A DNA stretch of 26,661 bases from Octopus sinensis (lineage: Eukaryota): assembly GCF_006345805.1 (NCBI RefSeq), contig NW_021836413.1, positions 1 through 26,661 of the forward strand. The letters run 5' to 3'. Shown one piece after another: positions 22,586 through 26,661 of this stretch. Both the position numbers and the translations under genes were made by a program. Position 1 is the stretch's first letter. Each line of letters opens with the position of its first letter. The notes under the pieces are model-generated. The model was not told where the DNA came from. It searched no databases and was given only the letters and a program-made list of their open reading frames with translations.

Positions 22586-22663
22586 GCGGCTGAAGAAGGC
22601 CATAGACACACATTATGCATTGTTATAAATCCGTCTAATAAAGGCCCGAAACATATGTACCGC
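22586..22663 (+). ncRNA. Type I hammerhead ribozyme with intact core (family H3)
   Basis: GCGG-CTGAAGA-A-GGCC ATAGAC...GTCTA..GGCCC-GAAA-CATATG-TA-CCGC; GUA site after 22659; palindromic helix III ACATATGT. Confidence 0.8.
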
Positions 22664-22704
22664 TGAATCCTTGGCATCATGTTTTTATTTTGATTAATTT
22701 ATGC

Positions 22705-22748
<44 letters not shown>

Positions 22749-22755
22749 GTTTATA

Positions 22756-22908
22756 TACCGGAGTAAACACATAAATGTGAAACAAAGTGGAAAAAAGAGT
22801 ACTCAAATACCAGTGGTAGAGTAATATGCTTTATTTAAAAGCAGCAGAAATTCAACAAAACCTGTTACTCTGAGTTTCACGTTCCCGTTCGTTGGACAGT
22901 TTTTGTTA
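22756..22908 (-). mobile_element. PLE terminal-repeat-like fragment (family H1), second copy
   Basis: Shares ~75 bp with 3591-3666; hammerhead then AATAAA on the minus strand; flanked by TA tracts. Confidence 0.65.
22862..22899 (-). ncRNA. Decayed minimal hammerhead (family H1)
   Basis: CTGT-CCAACGA-ACG GGAA CGT-GAAA-CTC A GAG-TA-ACAG; all three helices intact, G5 mutated. Confidence 0.6.
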
Positions 22909-22959
<51 letters not shown>

Positions 22960-23103
22960 GATAGATGGATAGATAGATAGATAGATAGATAATACATACA
23001 TATAGATACATATATATACATATATACATATATATGTGCATGCATTTATATATACACATGTATATGTATACACACACACACACATACACACACACACACA
23101 CAT

Positions 23104-23136
<33 letters not shown>

Positions 23137-23712
23137 CACGTATGTATGTGTGTATGTATATTGTACACACCCCACACATTAATTATTTTGATCCTAATCA
23201 GTTATTCATCACTTAACATCCGAGCAACTTATCTACCAAAAATAATTGCCATACGTCACCAACAACAACAACACCAAGAAGAACAACACCATCATCACCA
23301 CCATCATCACCACCATCACCACTATCATCATCATCATCATCTTGATGGCCACACAGCACCACTGTTTCCAGCACCCTGCGTAGCCTCACATCATTACACG
23401 TCATCACCACAGTACTCCCCCCCCCCACTACCAGCATGACTACCACCACATCATTTCCCAAATCACCACCATAGCCCGTCCCTTGATTACAGCAAGAAAT
23501 ATATTCCCTGGGGAGGCAGCGCCATCAGGAGCAGCACAACCACCACCACCACCACCACCACCACCACAGCTACCATCACGACATCCACCACCATCATCAT
23601 CTACAACAACAACAGTAACAACACCAACTACAAAAAAAATTAGATGATTGTAATAATAATAGTAATAATATCGATAATGCATTCAATTTGTAATCATAAT
23701 ACTAATCAAAAA

Positions 23713-23718
23713 TTATTA

Positions 23719-23815
<97 letters not shown>

Positions 23816-23876
23816 CAGCAGCAATAGTAGTAGTAGTAGCAATAGTAGTAGTGGTAGTAGTAGTAGTAGTAGTAGT

Positions 23877-23907
<31 letters not shown>

Positions 23908-24297
23908 CGTAGCAGTGGTAGTAGCAACAGTAGTAGTGGTAGTAGTAGTAGTAGTAGTAGTAGTAGTCGAAATAGTAGTCGCAGCAGCAGCAGCAGCAGC
24001 AGCTAGTAGTAGTAGTAGTAGTAGTAGTAGAAATTATAGTAGCAGTAGTAGTGGTGTAACAAAAGTAAAACAAAAGAAGAATGTGATGATAATGATTTCT
24101 TTTATAATGATAACAACAAAAACAATAGCAACAACAATAATAATAATAATAACAAAACCGTAATAACAGCAGCAGCAGCAACAACAACAACCACCACAAT
24201 AATAATAATAACAACAACAACAACAATAATAATAATAATAATAAATAATAATAATAATAATAAATAATAATAATAAATAATAATAATAATAATAATA

Positions 24298-24335
<38 letters not shown>

Positions 24336-24612
24336 TAAGTAATACTAATAATAATAATAATAACAAAGACAACAACAAACAACAACAATAATAATAATAA
24401 TAAAATAATATAATAAAATAATAAATAATATAATGATAATAAATAATATAATAATAATAATAATAACTAAATATATAATAATAATAATAAATAATAATAA
24501 TACTAATAATAATACTAATAATAATAATAAATAATAATAATAATAAAATAATATAATTAATAATAATAACAAAGACAACAACAACAACAATAATAATAAT
24601 AATAATAATAAT
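23713..24612. repeat. Compound (ATT)n/(AGT)n/(AGC)n/(AAT)n/(AAC)n microsatellite block
   Basis: Direct reading. Confidence 0.97.
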
Positions 24613-24797
24613 GTGTGATAGCAGTAATAATTCCTTCTGCGAAACAGCTGTTGTAGTTCTTCTGGGCGACATTTTAAATTATTCATAGGTTTTCGTTTAT
24701 TGGAAATGATTTCATGTTGATGAAATTATGATATAATACAATGTTGAAGATGTATGACAGTGACGACATCAGCACCATCATCACCACTATCACCTCC

Positions 24798-24832
<35 letters not shown>

Positions 24833-24929
24833 CGACGGTGATAAACGCAATAAAATAAATCAATAGATAAATAAAAACTTTATTGCAGGAAAGCAAACAA
24901 CTCGTCTTCTCTTGGGAGCATATGTAGTG

Positions 24930-24981
<52 letters not shown>

Positions 24982-25072
24982 GTATATATGTATACGTATA
25001 CATACATATACACACAAACATACACACATGCATACGTACGTAAGTGTGTGTGTATAAGATAGATAGATAGAC

Positions 25073-25108
<36 letters not shown>

Positions 25109-25160
25109 GATACATACATACATACATACTTATACATATATAAATACATATGTATGTATG

Positions 25161-25207
<47 letters not shown>

Positions 25208-25251
25208 ATATGTATGTATATAAATATATATATATTTATGTATGTATGTTT

Positions 25252-25468
25252 AGGCGGCGATTGGCTGTGTTGTTGAAAACATCGGATATATGGCTTTGCA
25301 GTGATCGTTCTAAGCTCTATACTCGTTGACTTCGAGCACGGCTGAGGTCAGCTTAACCGTTTAACCTCTGAGGGTCGATAAATAAAGTTCCAGTCACGTA
25401 CTGGGATATATTCTTTCTCTCTCCCCTCTCTTCCTCTCTCTTGTTCCCATTCTCTTTCTGGAAGAAAT
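25252..25468 (+). mobile_element. Old Nin/Deu-like SINE
   Basis: AGGCGGCGA head; GAGGTC...GGGTCGATAAATAAAGTTCCAGTCACGTACTGGG matches the 5771-6001 family. Confidence 0.7.
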
Positions 25469-25872
25469 CAACAATGATCGGACCTTGAAAGGTGGGGTTC
25501 TGGTAGGTTTAATAAAGTACTCAAGACAAGCTGTATGTCACGATGACATCCTAAGAATCTATTAAGTTGAGGGAGCTAAGCCATGTCTGTTAGGGTTCTA
25601 CATAGTATATACTAGCCAGTCAGTCAGTCTACCGAAGATAGTTCTTTGGGGGTCGTGTGTGCAATAGGGAGTCGTGTGTGTGCTATATAGAGTCATGTTA
25701 ATCACTTGGCCTCAGAGCCAGTGAGATGGTCATGGATGGAATATTTTGGTCATGAATCTGCTTGGTCAAGACTGACCTGGGGCTTAAAAAAGCACCAACA
25801 CAACATGAACAACAGCAACAGCAACAAAGCAACTTCAATAACACCACCGCCACCACCACCACCACCACAACC

Positions 25873-25910
<38 letters not shown>

Positions 25911-26026
25911 ACAATAACCACAACAATATCAACAACTATAACAGGGTCAACAACAACAGAAACAACAAAAACAATAGCAGTAACAACAACAACGGCAAAG
26001 TTTGCCTTCAAAGGATAAACTACAAA

Positions 26027-26192
26027 CAGGCCTGGTTGTGTGGGTAAGAAGCTTGCTTCCCAGCGTCGTGGTTTCAAGTTCACTTCCACCGCACTGTGTG
26101 GCAACTTGAGCTAGTGTCTTCCACTAAAGTCTCGGACCGACCAAAGCCTTATGAGTGGACTTGGGTTGACGGAATCTGAAAGAAACCGTTGT
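26027..26192 (+). mobile_element. 5' half of SINE family 1
   Basis: GGTAAGAAGCTTGCTTCCCA...AGTGTCTT...GACCAAAGCCTT...GACGGAATCTGAAAGAA, ending at a TA tract. Confidence 0.85.
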
Positions 26193-26233
26193 ATGTATAT
26201 ATATATATATTATATATATAATATATATATATA

Positions 26234-26638
26234 CTAGCAGTATCGCCCGGCGTTGCTCGGGTTGTAAGGGAAATAACTATATAAATAAGCATTTTTAGAG
26301 AGTTATAGCCAACAAAAAAATAGCAAAAAAATGCATTATAAAAATGGAAAAAAAATTATGGTAAATTTTTTTTAAATCGTTGACTCATCGTAGACATCTT
26401 TTGAGAGTTACTCCCTTATATAATAGCGAAAAAATGCATTAAAATGGAAAAAAAATTATGGTAATTTTTTTTTTAAATCGTAGACTCATCGTAGACGCGC
26501 GCTATACCCAGAAGGGCTCGTTATGAATCACGACTATAAGATACCGGTTTTGGTTAAACTGCACCGCCAAATGTGGGGAGTAGTTAGGAATCTAAATAGT
26601 AGGAGACAGACACACAACTTCTCTTTTATATATAAAGA
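26234..26638 (-). mobile_element. Non-autonomous Helitron (405 bp) with intact termini
   Basis: Minus strand: A|TCTTTATATATAAAA...CCCGAGC AAC GCCGGG hairpin (26246-26261)...CTAG|T; no TSD; internal ~100-bp tandem duplication. Confidence 0.88.
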
Positions 26639-26661
26639 TATACATTACGTACATACGTACA

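Overview
Eukaryotic, AT-rich DNA saturated with microsatellites and containing no recognisable intact protein-coding gene. The SINE families and simple-repeat density suggest an octopus/coleoid cephalopod intron or intergenic region (inference). Almost all ORFs in the track are translations of simple repeats. Supported content: about 14 tRNA-derived SINE copies or fragments from several families, a decayed near-full-length Tc1 transposon plus an inverted 3' fragment, a maT (DD37D)-like relic, a mariner 3' end, the 3' end of an RTE-like LINE with C2H2 fingers, a non-autonomous Helitron with intact ends, and a 30-bp minisatellite. The most interesting signal is four type I hammerhead ribozyme folds from three unrelated repeat families (22586+, 15091+, 3622-, 22862-). 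They have the short, self-complementary helix III of Penelope-like element (PLE) hammerheads, and two have fold-back palindromes on their 5' side. Other observations: a 2x2 shuffling of SINE head and tail modules, a near-identical inverted SINE pair, and a speculative first coding exon plus micro-exon. Everything was read by eye; no searches were run.
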